Part shown: one piece after another, positions 20,401 through 28,743 of the stretch
Layout: the number at the start of each line of letters is the position of its first letter
How positions within the stretch are numbered: position 1 is the first letter of the stretch
Assembly: GCA_937942355.1 (NCBI GenBank)
Contig: CALDEW010000101.1
Coordinates: forward strand, 1-39,849
DNA length: 39,849 nt
Direction of reading: 5' to 3'
Source of the DNA: an uncultured Pirellulaceae bacterium
Lineage (GTDB): Bacteria; Planctomycetota; Planctomycetia; Pirellulales; Pirellulaceae
Notes under the pieces: generated by a model
Databases searched by the model: none
What the model saw: only the letters and a program-made list of their open reading frames with translations
Told to the model about the DNA's origin: nothing
Position numbers and translations under genes: made by a program

Positions 20401-20633
20401 ACCAAAGCTACCCAAGTCCACCAGTAGATCAAAGGCAGTTCGACTACGGCACACCTCTGGGACAGACCAACAAACTTAGGCCAGATAGTCCGGCAAAAAT
20501 GGCCAACGAGATGGGCGCTTACGCCAAGGATCGAACCTCTGGTGGAAAAGGCATTTCACTCATTCGGTCGTGGAATCCACTTAAAAAATCAGGTTACGCC
20601 AACCGCCAATCGAGCTTTGAGTCATCGCGATAA
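17472..20633 (+). CDS. Secretin (GspD/PilQ-type outer-membrane channel) with about six N-domain repeats
   Basis: Signal peptide ending ASIYA-QD; repeated N-domain motifs (ADFRSNVLIVRG, ADRNSNSLIVRG, IDERTNSII); secretin core LDRRPPMVKVKVLIAEV, VLSKPHLVTLEN, DVGVILEMTPRV, GQTVVFSGLI, GIPILSDIPVLGPLFK, RSELMIIMTP. Confidence 0.93.
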   Translation: MLMLNRRQLNRLMLNSRRCLVAVMLAGAFPASIYAQDNGGYQAPPLPQTSRPAGADPIPDSPAAETPVRVAQVLDNSGTLANQNQPQPLVPRPAIENLNQNPGDTTLRPGQPGGVEGLKGEVRIVVDPDTGQVTLIGDPEDTAIVRKKFEELSITSAKPGVDRILLNNLLGEQIAESVQEIYDTYYANTQGAAIIKPLRSPNGLIVTGSPQAIQSVRAIVEKIDVDAPPKAAEDGPFMSFQLRHISAADAKRRLDGYFGQQATGGGGGEAGDSIPPDPVITVADFRSNVLIVRGAKQYLEQAEKVIRSIDVDDGGATDVVRIFPLTNTIAEQMAVVLQDAINGQLPNAGQGFNPDQNAQQQTAQQTQADEFSSSLRSAAAKLKTFSADGSIVSGGIMFGVRVTADRNSNSLIVRGPESSMDLIGELVSQLDRLPNAEALLKVFTIENGDAQALLDTLQALFPDDQNQQQGGGGNNGNNSGINTPLQSASASSGASLINLRFSIDERTNSIIATGPSGDLQVVEDLIYRLDEAQADQRQTVVHRLSNSPVLDVQEALEAWIDARQERNGDDPRTSPGVNFADRDVDVVPEVVSNSLIISATPEYLPEIMAVIRRLDRRPPMVKVKVLIAEVDLNAMEEFGVEVGVQDSLVFDRGTSLAGSTIASGIGLPFNNPNMVANTNALFRETLAGQGLTNFGTGRVNVNGQSGLVLSAGNESINVLIRALQTRNCLRVLSKPHLVTLENLQGRVAVGQQVPRITGSSQTAIGGGVTNTVQDVDVGVILEMTPRVSPDGMIVMFVNATKSALATGSPGVAVAVDANGNPVFQQPINSTSAQTTVMARSGQTVVFSGLIQESKSHTETGIPILSDIPVLGPLFKFENDTAQRSELMIIMTPYLVDGDEEIEIQNQDEMDRMHWCLCDVAEIYGKTDYNGYRPEEGAVETIYPDQGFQPVDAVSEQTYSQQPHSDQTYSDPNPTGTNQSYPSPPVDQRQFDYGTPLGQTNKLRPDSPAKMANEMGAYAKDRTSGGKGISLIRSWNPLKKSGYANRQSSFESSR

Positions 20634-20671
20634 ATTACCGCTGAGCTAGAGATTGAAAAGAAATAAAACTG

Positions 20672-21595
20672 ATGAGCAACCTTATGAAAATTAGTTATCT
20701 ATCGACATTGATTCTGGCGTTGACCGTTTTTTCGGTCGGGTGCGCTGGATTGGGTGATTCGAGGTTGCGCGGCCCCAACGCGTTTAAGGGAATGCTCTCC
20801 GACGATGAACCCGAATTCAAGACGCCCGCTTCGATGGTCGCGATTTGGAAACCATCGACCTTTGAAAAACCCGGTAGCAAATCCATCCGTGGATTCGGTG
20901 GCCGGTTCTACTTTTATGACGCGCAGATGGAACCCATTAAGGTTGACGGGTTGTTGACTATTTACGGATACGATGATGCAGAGGGAGACACTTCGGGGAA
21001 GGCGGATCGGAAATTCGTTTTTGAATCAAAGACCTTTCAGCAGCACTACAGTGAATCCGGAATCGGAGACTCCTATTCTTTCTGGATCCCTTGGGGCGCA
21101 GTCGGCGGACTTGAGAAAACGATCACGTTGATCCCCGTGTTTAAATCCGCTAACGGTGAGATTCCTGAATCGAAACCGGCGACGATACGCCTGCCGGGTA
21201 AAAAAGCAGAAGTCGTCGCCAGCGCTGAAGACAGCCTGTACGGTCCCGGCACCCAAGTTATCTCGGCTTCGGGGGTCGTGTCCAGCAAACCGATGGTCAA
21301 ACAGGCCGTGGCTTTGGCTGAGATCGAATCCTCCGCAACCGGGCCAAGCAATGGTATACAACCCTCTGGCCGCCGAAGGACTACGACGTTTCGATTGTCG
21401 CGTAACCTAGCCGACCGAATCGCGCGAGCGACGCCTGCGGCAGAGGCTAGTAGTGAAGCAAATGTGACAGACCAAAGCATTCATCAGGCGAATCCCATTG
21501 GAAGCGCTGTTGAGACCTCTTCCACCGATTCTGGACCAAGTATATCCACGACCCGCAAAGCTCGTCCTGTCTTTGGACAGCCGGGTTCCTTTTAA
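20672..21595 (+). CDS. Predicted lipoprotein of unknown function
   Basis: Hydrophobic leader ending FSVG-C24; compact globular core RGFGGRFYFYD...KVDGLLTIYGYDD...SYSFWIPW; low-complexity tail; 38 nt after the secretin stop. Confidence 0.8.
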   Translation: MSNLMKISYLSTLILALTVFSVGCAGLGDSRLRGPNAFKGMLSDDEPEFKTPASMVAIWKPSTFEKPGSKSIRGFGGRFYFYDAQMEPIKVDGLLTIYGYDDAEGDTSGKADRKFVFESKTFQQHYSESGIGDSYSFWIPWGAVGGLEKTITLIPVFKSANGEIPESKPATIRLPGKKAEVVASAEDSLYGPGTQVISASGVVSSKPMVKQAVALAEIESSATGPSNGIQPSGRRRTTTFRLSRNLADRIARATPAAEASSEANVTDQSIHQANPIGSAVETSSTDSGPSISTTRKARPVFGQPGSF

Positions 21596-21621
21596 AACAC
21601 TATCTGTAGGAACGAAGATTG

Positions 21622-22587
21622 ATGAGTAATACTACCAATTACCGCTACGCGGCCGTGGTGCTGAAAAGTCTTCCTATTAAAACCGCAAACCAATTCTTGG
21701 CCGATCTTGATCCGCTGCAAAGTCAGAAGATTGTGATGGAGATGAGGCGAACGCGCGTCACGGCGGCAAACCTTCGTGAAGCGATCGCGCAATTAAAAGC
21801 CAATGGTCTCGATGACTCATCCAACCATGAAAATACTTCCAGTCAGGGGAAGATCTTTCGCATCGACAGCCCTGATTACAGTGCAAACTTCGGTAAGAAC
21901 ATCGGCCTAGTCCCTCAGCCAAATCTTGACTTCTCCGGCAGCGGAACGGTGAGTTTCGAAAAAGACCCGTTCGTGTTTTTGACAAGCTACGAAAATAGTT
22001 TGTTAGACCGTTTGTTTTCTGATTTGAAAGTGCGTAGTGCTGCCATCATTCTTTCGACGATGTCGTTCGACTTTGCCCTGCAACGGCTCAACGCAATGGA
22101 AGGACTTCGAAAAGTAAAAGTGATGCGTGGCATCGCGGACTTGGAGGATCTGCATCCGGCTGAAATTAGCGATCTAAAGTTTGCTGTCAGGTTGCAGATT
22201 CAACAGCTGCTTAAAAATGATCCGCTGCTCAACCAGAAGTCAGTTGTCCAGTCGCACAATAGTCCACAGTCAGGCAAGTCGATCAGAGTGGAAGCCGGGA
22301 AACCGCGCCAGTTGACTATTAGGCAAAATGGCAAACTGATTGCTGGCCTGTTAGAAATGCCCGACGCTAAGGTCAAACAACTACTGAAGACAATCGATAC
22401 GGCGGATCTGGCACCGGCCCTTAAAACGTGCCCTATCGCCGTTCAAAAGAAGGTTCTCAAAAACATGGGCAAGAAACCAGCCGCCATTCTCTCCAATGAG
22501 ATTCTCAATGTTCGGATCGATGAAAAACACCGAATCACAAAAGCGCGTCGTAGCATCGCCACCGCGATCCAACGGTTGAAGAAATAG
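21622..22587 (+). CDS. Degenerate FliG-like protein
   Basis: AAVVLKSL (FliG-N-like), DPFVFL...AAIILSTM...VMRGIADL (FliG-M-like), VKQLLKTIDTADLAPALK...KKVLKNMGKKPAAIL...ARRSIATAIQRL (FliG-C-like). Start is TTG 21619 or ATG 21622. Confidence 0.75.
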   Translation: MSNTTNYRYAAVVLKSLPIKTANQFLADLDPLQSQKIVMEMRRTRVTAANLREAIAQLKANGLDDSSNHENTSSQGKIFRIDSPDYSANFGKNIGLVPQPNLDFSGSGTVSFEKDPFVFLTSYENSLLDRLFSDLKVRSAAIILSTMSFDFALQRLNAMEGLRKVKVMRGIADLEDLHPAEISDLKFAVRLQIQQLLKNDPLLNQKSVVQSHNSPQSGKSIRVEAGKPRQLTIRQNGKLIAGLLEMPDAKVKQLLKTIDTADLAPALKTCPIAVQKKVLKNMGKKPAAILSNEILNVRIDEKHRITKARRSIATAIQRLKK

Positions 22588-22669
22588 CCATGTGGGCGGA
22601 ATTGCAGGTGGCGCTGGAGATCTAAAATCCACCACTAGTGCGGTGTTCCAACTTAGATTTAGGGTTGGA

Positions 22670-22772
22670 GGTATTGGATGTGGCAACGAGTCCTGCCCCT
22701 CCTTTACCCTTTAATTTAGCCATTAGCGCATCGTTTAATGCAGCTGCTGGATTCGTGGCCTCATCCACTACC
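22670..22772. repeat. REPIN/MITE-like hairpin element, copy 2
   Basis: Same 103-bp length as copy 1 with 13 mismatches by hand alignment, including a conserved spacer; lies between convergent genes. Confidence 0.88.
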
Positions 22773-22872
22773 CTAAAATTTAGACGTAATGCGGCACTAG
22801 GCGGACTTGTACCGGAGTCAACAAAGGTCCAGTCGCACCAAAGCTTTGCTGCGACCGTACTGTTAGGACCTC

Positions 22873-23880
22873 CTACTGACCGAAGAATGCTTCCACTTCG
22901 TCGGAGGAGTCAATTTCGATATCGAGATCTTCTGACGCTTGCTCTTCACTATCCTCCGGTCCCTCCAGCACAGAAAACGCGTTTGGAGGTACACCTTCGG
23001 AGGCGGGTGAGCCAATGCTGATGTCGTTCGAATTAACCGCTGCCGGGACTACGGCTGTATCGATTTGAACATCACTGCCTGCATTGATTGGGTCCTCAGC
23101 AATGGTGATGCCAAGGGGCGGTTCCTGTGGTTGAGTTGGCGACTGAGTCGTAGTTGTCACAGCTTCTGGAGATGCGATCGCGGGAGCGGCTGTTATCCCC
23201 GGGGCGGCGACAATCGTCTGCGGGCCGGCTAAGGTCGGCAGCTGTTGCCCGGTGATCGTTGGTTGCTGAATCTGAGTCGGTACTTGGTTTACCCTTATCG
23301 GCGGAATATTAAATTTCGGTTGCTGGAGAACACTTACGCTCGGACGAGCATTTAGCTGCTGAGGTGGATTGACGGCGACGGGTTTTGGAATCTTGTCGTA
23401 AACTGGCTTTCTAGGCATCGTTGGCGTTGAGGCGGGCGGGTTGCCTCCGGCTACCTTTTGATCACCGGTCGGATTCGCTGCTCCATTGTTGGATGGAATG
23501 AGGAAACGTCGTTGGTAAGTACGACCGGTTCGCGGATCGTAGTAGGTCACAACTCGAATATTGACTTGATCCGATTGTGCGTTTTGATTTGCGGGATTAA
23601 CGTTTCGGTTTGGTTGAGCGATCACAGACGGGTTACGTTGATCGGGCGTCAATCTTGAGTACGGCGTCAGCGATTGACCATACTGCGGCTGCCGGACGAC
23701 TTGCCCAGGACGTATCGGTTGCGGTGCAATCTGAACCGGTGCGACCGGACTTTGCGGAGAATAGTTGCTACGAATATTGTCGCGCATGCGGCGGAATATC
23801 TGACCATCAGCGTCCGCCGTGAACGTGACCAGTGTGACAACGGCAAGTAGCGATAATGTGATTCGGATGACGAGAGTCAT
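22873..23880 (-). CDS. Secreted Pro/Gln-rich low-complexity hypothetical protein
   Basis: Start at ATG 23880 after AGGAGA; signal peptide ending ADG-Q; P/Q/T-rich body with a short ordered motif VVTYYDPRTGRTYQRRF; acidic tail. Confidence 0.75.
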   Translation of the reverse strand: MTLVIRITLSLLAVVTLVTFTADADGQIFRRMRDNIRSNYSPQSPVAPVQIAPQPIRPGQVVRQPQYGQSLTPYSRLTPDQRNPSVIAQPNRNVNPANQNAQSDQVNIRVVTYYDPRTGRTYQRRFLIPSNNGAANPTGDQKVAGGNPPASTPTMPRKPVYDKIPKPVAVNPPQQLNARPSVSVLQQPKFNIPPIRVNQVPTQIQQPTITGQQLPTLAGPQTIVAAPGITAAPAIASPEAVTTTTQSPTQPQEPPLGITIAEDPINAGSDVQIDTAVVPAAVNSNDISIGSPASEGVPPNAFSVLEGPEDSEEQASEDLDIEIDSSDEVEAFFGQ

Positions 23881-23897
23881 TCTTATCTCCTGTAAGT

Positions 23898-23911
23898 GGG
23901 AAGCGCTTTCC
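23898..23911. promoter_or_regulatory. LacI-family-like operator (proximal)
   Basis: GGGAAGCGCTTTCC is a near-palindrome with an AGCGCT centre, just upstream of the RBS. Confidence 0.5.
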
Positions 23912-23980
23912 CAAAAAAAGCGACGGTCCGGTCCAAGGAAAGGATTGGGCAAATCCAAGTGCTTGAGCAACCCTTTTATA

Positions 23981-24006
23981 AATTTTCGGTAGCGCTACCG
24001 AGAATT
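23981..24006. promoter_or_regulatory. LacI-family-like operator (distal), 26-bp palindrome
   Basis: AATTTTCGGTAGCGCTACCGAGAATT has only one mismatched pair and an AGCGCT centre. Confidence 0.55.
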
Positions 24007-24198
24007 CAGACCTAATACATTTTCGATCTATTGTTGCAGCAATGTTTTCAAATGAAACCCTCTGATTTTCGCCGCCGAGCAATTTCAGCATAGAAAATAG
24101 GTGAACTTGCCTAACCCGTGCGACCCTCACAAAGTGAACCGCTTAGCCCGCCAGTGCTTGGGTTGAGATTCGAGAAGTAACTATTGGACTTTTCTTCA

Positions 24199-24564
24199 TC
24201 ACGATAGCATTTCATTGACCTGCGAAATCAGTCGTTGAAAATCTTCGGTAGAAACACTCAGACGCTGCGATAGTTTTGCCAGGACATGAATCTCTCCGTC
24301 AGTCAGCTTCCCGTCGGCCATTGCGACTTGCAGCAAAAAAGACATCGACTCTGACGGATCCGCTTTGAGAACGTTGAACTGTTCCTTGTAAAACTCTTCG
24401 TCGGACGTCGCTCGATCCACCATCGCTTGCAAAGACGCTCGCCCGACTCCCGTTTTCTTGACCAGTTTGTCGATAACGTTCATTTCGGCCTCGGAGGCTT
24501 CTTTATCTATGCCCGCAACACAACAAGCGGCTCGCAGCAATTCAATTTGTTGAGTAGGAGTCAT
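24199..24564 (-). CDS. TerB-family (tellurite-resistance-like) helical protein
   Basis: Two pseudo-repeated halves, CVAGIDKEASEAE and QVAMADGKLTDGE. Confidence 0.8.
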   Translation of the reverse strand: MTPTQQIELLRAACCVAGIDKEASEAEMNVIDKLVKKTGVGRASLQAMVDRATSDEEFYKEQFNVLKADPSESMSFLLQVAMADGKLTDGEIHVLAKLSQRLSVSTEDFQRLISQVNEMLS

Positions 24565-24805
24565 TCTTGTAGTCCTTATGTGTTCAGCGGAAAGGCGCTC
24601 TGGCCAAGCGTATCGTGAATAGGTAAACGCTAAGCAAGCTTCGATTTGAAAATTGAATTGCGCGACAACCGTTTCATTTTAAGGCGGTGCGATTTTTGCA
24701 CAAGACAAATGCGACACTCTCAGTAGACCGAAATAGCAGGTCCAAAGCGCAAAAAAACACAGGCCGCAGCCTGTGTTTCAACGTTCGTCAGATTGTATTT
24801 TTGAT

Positions 24806-25567
24806 TTAGAATTTCCGCGTTTCTGTCTTTTCTGGTTCGTTCAGTTTCGCCATCAGTGTCTTCAAAGGGCCGACATTGCTGGCTCTGGCGGGCCATGTGG
24901 TGCGAATCGAAGAATTGCCATCTTTGGTCATCAGTCCGCTGTTCCACCAAAACCAACCTCCGGAGATAATGCCGACGACTTCGTGTTTCTCATTGAAGAC
25001 AGGGCCGCCTGAATCGCCCGGTAGCAGTGGCACGTCCGCGAAGATCTTCTCCAGCGACGACGGAGACGACGCGACTGCGGAGAAGTGACGGATGCAACAA
25101 TCCAACTTGGACCCGCCGCCCAAACCCGCGAACTCTAATTTGTCACCGCTTTGGATTGGATCCTTTGCCATCGGGGCGGCTTCGATGTCTTCCGGGACCC
25201 AGACCCAGACAAGGGCAACGTCTTTGTGTTCGTCATATTCGACGACACGGCAGTTTTTGGCTCCGCGTTTATGGTTGCGGAATTTAACTTTGATTTTGGG
25301 TTTCTTGACATCGACATCGTCTTGTACGACGTGCCAAGCCGTCAAAACATATCCTTCGTAGCCATTTGCGATCTTCTTATCTTTGTCGATTGAGATCACG
25401 ACACCCGTTCCCGACCCTTCGCCGGAATGCACTTCGACGATTGCCGAATGATGGGGGGCCAATGGAGTCCACTCCCAGAGGCCAGAGTCTTTTCCGACTT
25501 GCGCGGAAGAGAAATTACAGAGTAAAAAGAGAATTACTAAACTTAGAGGGAATGAGAGTCGTACCAT
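24806..25567 (-). CDS. Secreted trypsin-like (S1) serine protease
   Basis: Signal peptide; GSGTGVVI, LTAWHVV (His), DVAL (Asp), PGDSGGPV (Ser); start at ATG 25567 after GGAGG. Confidence 0.9.
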   Translation of the reverse strand: MVRLSFPLSLVILFLLCNFSSAQVGKDSGLWEWTPLAPHHSAIVEVHSGEGSGTGVVISIDKDKKIANGYEGYVLTAWHVVQDDVDVKKPKIKVKFRNHKRGAKNCRVVEYDEHKDVALVWVWVPEDIEAAPMAKDPIQSGDKLEFAGLGGGSKLDCCIRHFSAVASSPSSLEKIFADVPLLPGDSGGPVFNEKHEVVGIISGGWFWWNSGLMTKDGNSSIRTTWPARASNVGPLKTLMAKLNEPEKTETRKF

Positions 25568-26061
25568 GATCTGCCTCCGGCAGACGACTGGTCGCGTCGA
25601 TTCCGATACGTTTGTATGTCGATACTTTTGTATGAAATAGGCGAGACCGCTCGCCACTTATTATATGTTGTAGATCCGTTAAGCTCTTGGTGATGGTCAA
25701 TTACACGACGCGTGCAAATATAATCTTCGGTTCTTTCGCCTCATCGTGTTCAATAAATTCTTAAACGTCGGAATTTGAGGATGCTATGAGAGTAGCTATT
25801 ACAAGCTTTAGATGGAAAAAGCCAGCGAAACCTTACCATTGATCGGTTAATCCAAAGAATACGGTGGCCAGATTGACCGGTAGCGTTAATCTTCTAATGT
25901 GCTTCGTTGCGACCTTAGGGAGAGGTGCAAGCAAGTTTGGCTGACTTTCGAAAGTGACTTCCTCTGTTTGATCACAGCGCCTTCGAGTCGCGCACCTCGC
26001 GCGGTCTAACTTTTTTAGAGGGCTGCTTTTTAAATGGCGGCGCGAAGAGACGCAGTCAGAC

Positions 26062-26886
26062 TCAATCGGTCGCGTTTTTTACAGCGGCGGAATAACGAAA
26101 GCCTCCGTTGACCGGAAGGATATGGCCGGAGATGAAACTGGCAGCCGGCGAAGCGAGAAATAGTGCTGCCGAAGCGACGTCTTCAGGACTGCCCCAGCGA
26201 TTCATTAAGGATTCGCCCTTAGCACGCTGGTTCCAATACTCAGAAGTCTGCTGACCCCATTTTGTTTCGATCCAACCGGGTGCAATGCAGTTGACTCGCA
26301 CGTGCGGCGCGTAGGTTTGCGCGAGGCTTTTGGTCATTGCCATAATGGCGCCCTTTGTCGTTGCAAAAAGCTCACCCGCGTCGCCTTCCATTCCCTGCCA
26401 CGCTTGGTCCCAACCGATGTTTACGATGACGCCCGTTGAAGGATCGGTTGAGGACACAGTCTGAGGTGATGTCTTAAAGCGCTCCGTCATTCTTTTTCCG
26501 ACGCTGCGAGATAGCATCAAGGTCGCCGAAACGTCGGTCTTCAACAAGTAGTCCAGTTTTTCGGCGAAGGGTTGGTCTTTCCAATGCCCTGTCAGCACAT
26601 CTCCACCGGCGTTGTTGATCCATCCATCGACATGGCCTTTCCATTGCCATGCGGAATCAACCAAAGGCGCTAGCGCACTTATATCACTGAAGTCGGCGTA
26701 CAGTTGATGAGTCTCGTTTCCGCCGTCTTCGATCTGTTTAGCGACTTCGTTCAATGCATCCGAAGGCTTACGACCATGCAGGACGATATTGGCACCATGC
26801 ATGGCTAATTTTGTCGCGATACAGCGACCAATGCCTGTTGATGAACCTGTCACAACGTAGACTTTGTCACTCAAATCGTAGAGCAT
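26062..26886 (-). CDS. SDR-family NAD(P)H oxidoreductase with an atypical active site
   Basis: TGSSTGIG, NNAG, VRVNCIAPGWIET, ASFISGHILPVNGG; YxxxK is replaced by FATTK. Confidence 0.9.
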   Translation of the reverse strand: MLYDLSDKVYVVTGSSTGIGRCIATKLAMHGANIVLHGRKPSDALNEVAKQIEDGGNETHQLYADFSDISALAPLVDSAWQWKGHVDGWINNAGGDVLTGHWKDQPFAEKLDYLLKTDVSATLMLSRSVGKRMTERFKTSPQTVSSTDPSTGVIVNIGWDQAWQGMEGDAGELFATTKGAIMAMTKSLAQTYAPHVRVNCIAPGWIETKWGQQTSEYWNQRAKGESLMNRWGSPEDVASAALFLASPAASFISGHILPVNGGFRYSAAVKNATD

Positions 26887-26895
26887 CGCAGTTTC

Positions 26896-28620
26896 CTAAC
26901 GCAGACGTTGCAGGGCATTGTTCATGGCAGCAGATTTCTCAACCGATTTCGTGGGCAACTTAATACACGCAGCTTCAAGTTCACTGCGAACCAACAACAT
27001 GTCGCGATAGAGACATAGCGTATTCCAGCAGACGCCTTGGATCGTTTTGATTTTGCCGATCTCCTGGTAGACGTTGGGATTCGCTTCAATCATATACAGC
27101 ACGCCACCTTCTGAGTGCACAAGCAAATTGTCCCCGACCAACAGCAATTGGCCGTTGCCAAACCTGCCGCGCTTTTTCCATTTGCGTTTCAAGCCATCGA
27201 TTGCCACACACTCTAAGTAACCATCAGAAAGCGAATAGAGGTGGCCGTCATGAATCACGGGGCTGGTTAATTTCGTTTTCAGGATTCGGCTGTCTTTTTT
27301 GATCGACTCAACGGAATATTTTCCGGTCGCCGCGTCCTGCATCACCTCCACCATTTCGCCGCCTAACCCGTATCCTTTGCTGAATAACAATTGAGTCTCT
27401 GAAATCGGGGTGACTTGCGAGCAATTGGCCGCCATGTTGCTTTGACCCTCGCGCGCGAACGCCCAGAGTTCCTCGCCGGTATCGGGATCATGTCCAACGG
27501 CGTGGTCTTCAGCAACCAACACGATTTGTTCTTCTCCAAGTATCGTCGTGACGATTGGGGAACCATAGGCGATCATCCGCGAACCGCCGCGCCAAACTAG
27601 TTCACCGGTTTTCTTATCGAAGGCCAGCAAGGTCGCCGCTTTGGATTTGCTGGCTTCGAAATTTTCATCTGTGGACGGGAGGCTACCGCCAGGAACGATC
27701 ACTTTATCCTTATAAATCAACGGCGAATGTGAGCGACCCCACGCGAGGGTGGAGGTTTCTTCGCTGTATTGGTTGCCGGTGCTGTTGACTTTGTAGTTTT
27801 GGCTGATGCCGACCAACTCGGGAACGTTAGCGGACCAAATGTTGGTTCCATCATTTCCCGATAGGCAATCCAATATTCCCGTTGCCGAAACGGCGTAGAC
27901 GTTACCTTCATGAATTGTCGGTGTGGCGCGCGGACCGGGTTTGCCCATGCCCGTTGTGTCTTCGTGCCGGCGAGTCACTGAATAGTTCCACTGAACATTC
28001 CCGTTTGTGACGTCATAGCAAACAACGCACTCTTCATCGCTACGCTGCTCCTGCGTTACCGCGCTGCCGTTGACAACCGCAAAGCCTGACCATCCATCGC
28101 CGATGGGTTGTTTCCAAATATACTGAGGACGCGTTAACTTCCATTTGTCTAAAACCACTCCGTCAACCGTCGCGTTGCCATTGGGGCCCAGAAACTTTGG
28201 ATAGTCAAAGGGCGTTGTTGTTTTTAGGTCAGCGCCGAAGGTGACCTGAGATTCAGGTTTCCAATCACGAACCTGTTCTTGGAATCGAAACTGAGCCCGC
28301 ACAATATGGCCATCACCGTCGAAAACAGGCTGGAACAATGTCGCTATCAGGAAGGGCGCCGTCACAAGGGCTAGGCCCCACAACGTCGTCTTTTTGCCTC
28401 GCCGAAACAAAATGAGAAACAGCCCGCATAACAAGCTGACTGACGCGGGGACAAGGAAATTGCTGAGCCCGCGCACACCAGGGTTCAGGTTAAATCGCTC
28501 GTTGAGGGTGTCAAATTGCGTGTTGAGCACCAACAGTACGATAACTCCAAAGGTCACTATCGCGATCGGAATGCTGTACGTCTTCTCCGCGATCAGCCTG
28601 TCTATGGCATCTTCGTCCAT
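26896..28620 (-). CDS. Membrane-anchored PQQ-like (BamB-type) beta-propeller protein
   Basis: Three N-terminal TM segments; YPKFLGPNG, WKQPIGDGWSG, GPRATPTI, SHSPLI, AFDKKTGELVW, AYGSP, DPDTGEELW; a family expanded in planctomycetes. Confidence 0.88.
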   Translation of the reverse strand: MDEDAIDRLIAEKTYSIPIAIVTFGVIVLLVLNTQFDTLNERFNLNPGVRGLSNFLVPASVSLLCGLFLILFRRGKKTTLWGLALVTAPFLIATLFQPVFDGDGHIVRAQFRFQEQVRDWKPESQVTFGADLKTTTPFDYPKFLGPNGNATVDGVVLDKWKLTRPQYIWKQPIGDGWSGFAVVNGSAVTQEQRSDEECVVCYDVTNGNVQWNYSVTRRHEDTTGMGKPGPRATPTIHEGNVYAVSATGILDCLSGNDGTNIWSANVPELVGISQNYKVNSTGNQYSEETSTLAWGRSHSPLIYKDKVIVPGGSLPSTDENFEASKSKAATLLAFDKKTGELVWRGGSRMIAYGSPIVTTILGEEQIVLVAEDHAVGHDPDTGEELWAFAREGQSNMAANCSQVTPISETQLLFSKGYGLGGEMVEVMQDAATGKYSVESIKKDSRILKTKLTSPVIHDGHLYSLSDGYLECVAIDGLKRKWKKRGRFGNGQLLLVGDNLLVHSEGGVLYMIEANPNVYQEIGKIKTIQGVCWNTLCLYRDMLLVRSELEAACIKLPTKSVEKSAAMNNALQRLR

Positions 28621-28721
28621 GTCGTTTTCGTTGAGGTCTATTTTCTAAGTGATGAGATTTTTAGCGAAGGAAACACTTCCTTAAGGTTATCATAGTTGGT
28701 GAAGAAGGTACAACGCCACCA

Positions 28722-28743
28722 ATTGCGATTCATTGCGATTCAT
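28722..28743. repeat. 10-bp tandem repeat in a divergent promoter region
   Basis: ATTGCGATTC-ATTGCGATTC-AT. Confidence 0.7.

Noticed and set aside
15547-22772. Repeats considered as a CRISPR array or as IS ends
   Set aside because: The copies are dispersed inverted repeats with no spacer array, cas gene or transposase
15551-23021. Similar ORFs 15551-15982 and 22638-23021 sharing ATSPAPPLPF...ASFNAAAG
   Set aside because: The similarity is just the translated REPIN, and the remainder is antisense to real genes
25568-26061. ~490-nt intergenic region examined for an ncRNA or small gene
   Set aside because: No tRNA, riboswitch or convincing ORF was recognisable by eye; an Rfam search would be needed
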